This document shows, piece by piece, positions 62,151 through 64,000 of a stretch of 64,000 nt of DNA. The first letter of the stretch is position 1. Every line of letters starts with the position of its first letter. The notes below the pieces were generated by a model. It was not told the DNA's origin and did not search any database. It was given only the letters and a program-made list of their open reading frames with translations. Both the position numbers and the translations under genes were made by a program. The stretch lies in assembly GCF_006345805.1 (NCBI RefSeq), contig NC_043019.1, positions 20,087,360-20,151,359 of the forward strand. Direction: 5' to 3'. Origin of the DNA: Octopus sinensis (lineage: Eukaryota).

Positions 62151-63049
62151 GACAGACATAAACATATAAACACACACAGACCCCCCACGCGGCCAGGCAT
62201 AGTTTAAAAACGCAACAAAAGGTCGAAATACTACAGAAGGATGGAAGACACGGAAGATAAAAGCAACAAAAGGGAAGCTGAGTGCAGTAAGGAACAAAAC
62301 TAGACAAATCATAAACAAAATTGATATCTCACAGTAATAGAAGGGTTTGTGGTGGATTTCGAGGTTTGTTGATGTATCGCTTCATGGTTTTTAACCTTTG
62401 TATGTGGCTCATCATCCAGCATATGACCTTGATAAGGGTTTGTAGCAATGAAAGGATGGAGTATAATATAAAATATATATGATATTTAAAACGGGGTTAG
62501 AATTTAGTCCAAGAAGCCAGACGATGCTGAAAACAGGTGCGAAGAAACAAGAATAAGCCTGGTAAAATCTGTATCTACGGTGTAACATGACGTTCGTTCC
62601 CTGTGTGATAAAAGTCTTCCTCTACACAAGTATAACATCAATTTTCCGGAACCCTTGCTTCCAAAGCAGATGCTACGTTTAGAGTGCAGTTTTGTATCTG
62701 TAGTGTACACCAGGGGTGGGGAACTAGCGGTTGTAGGCCACTATGTGTAGCCTTTTTTGAACGAATCCAAATTCTGCAGAACAAATCTTTTTATTTTCAT
62801 TTTAACCTTAAAAAATCCAAGCATTTCGGAAAAAAAGCTATCTTTTTTTCAAAACCTTTCTTCTTCAAAAGGTAATTTCGGATGACCATTTTCCCCAGTT
62901 AGCTGCAAAGGTCATTGATGAATAAGAAGATTCATACAAATCATTGTGCTCAAAAAAGCACAATGCATCACTCAGTCTACGAATTGAAACCACAATTTCA
63001 TGATCATGAGTGCAATACCCTAAGTCATGTGCACTCATGCCTTACTCTT

Positions 63050-63188
63050 TACTCTTTTACTTGTTTCAGTCATTTGACTGCGGCCATGCTGGAGCACCGC
63101 CTTTAGTCGAGCAACTCGACCCCGGGACTTATTCATTGTAAGCCCAGTACTTATTCTATCGGTCTCTTTTTGCCGAACCGCTAAGTGT
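63050..63188 (-). mobile_element. SINE-B 3' fragment
   Basis: tactcttttactcttttacttgtttcagtc...gccgaaccgctaag. Confidence 0.85.
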
Positions 63189-63245
63189 TGGAGAGGGGAT
63201 AAAAATAATAAATAGAAATGAAAGAGAAATGTAGAGGCGACTTAC

Positions 63246-63323
63246 ATGGAACATGGTGAATGATTTGGGTAGAGAAATATAAACAGTTGTATTTGAATAC
63301 TGCTTGGCCGCTGTTGGGTACAT
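63246..63323 (-). CDS. SLC25A38: Probable SLC25A38 first coding exon (exon 63246-63385)
   Basis: MYPTAAKQYSNTTVYISLPKSFTMFH with donor CAT|gtaagt in phase 0, matching exon 2. The second ATG sits in ACCATG. Acceptor ccctcag at 63386. Gives about 303 aa in total. Confidence 0.55.
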
Positions 63324-63571
63324 ATTTAGGCTTTTGAGTGCTTTATAAACCTTCTTCTTTCTGAGTTTGTGTATGTGTCTGTGAGCTGAGGGCTGAGATG
63401 GTGAGGGAGAGAGAAATTAGTTCAAATTACCTAGTGCATAAACAAACAAGAGTTTATATAAATCTGGCCTTATCTACAACTGGATTAGACTTGTTTATGG
63501 CAAATCATTGATAGTACCGTCATTGTTATTATTATTGTTGTTGTTGTCATCATCATCATCATGATTATTAT

Positions 63572-64000
63572 CAAGGTGACGAGCTGGCAGAATCATTAGC
63601 ATGCCAAACAAAATGCGTAATGGTATTTTTTCAGGCAAGCTGGCAGAATCGTTAGCACGCCGGGTGAAATGTGTTGCCATATTTCGTCTGCCGTTGCGTT
63701 CTGAGTTCAAATTCCACCGAGGTCAACTTTGCCTTTCATCCTTTCAGGGTCGATAAATTAAGTACTAGTTACGCACTGGGGTCGATATAATCGACTTAAT
63801 CCGTTTGTCTATCCTTGTTTGTCCTCTCTGTGTTTAGCCCCTTGTGGGTAGTAAAGAAATAGGTATTTTTTCAGGCAAGCTGGCAGAAACGTTAGTATAC
63901 CGGGCGAAATGCTTAGCGATATTTCATCTGTCTTCACGTTCTGAATTCAAATTCCGCCGAGGTCAACTTCGCCTTTCATCCTTTCGGGGTCTATTAAATA
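63572..64000 (+). mobile_element. SINE-C dimer with a duplicated A-box region
   Basis: ggtattttttcaggcaagctggcaga opens both units. Confidence 0.85.

Overview
Eukaryotic, AT-rich, repeat-saturated DNA. The SINE/LINE/microsatellite landscape looks like an Octopus (coleoid) genome; this is inference, not a database match. Two spliced protein-coding genes on the minus strand can be rebuilt by hand. (1) The 5' part of ABAT (GABA transaminase): six coding exons from 16510 down to 932, continuing off the left edge, with one GC-AG intron. (2) An apparently complete SLC25A38-type mitochondrial glycine carrier: ten coding exons from 63323 to 46351, 912 nt, about 303 aa. A 145-codon orphan exon on the plus strand (14312-14746) lies inside an ABAT intron. 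The rest is transposon debris: three tRNA-headed SINE families (A, B, C), an RTE 3'-tail repeat (D), RTE, CR1, Tx1/L1 and HERO-like LINE relics, mariner and hAT transposase relics, piggyBac-like and Merlin-like MITEs, foldback hairpins, minisatellites and microsatellites. Almost all ORFs in the supplied track are low-complexity or repeat artefacts. The strongest second-look candidates are a SINE that multimerises through a GGTATT junction (12-mer array), the nested orphan exon followed by an AATAAA-rich satellite, a templated copy of the SLC25A38 3' end in its own intron, and an RT ORF with an in-frame duplicated catalytic core. No clearly new biological system is proven. TE and SINE boundaries are approximate (about 10-20 bp); exon boundaries were counted base by base.
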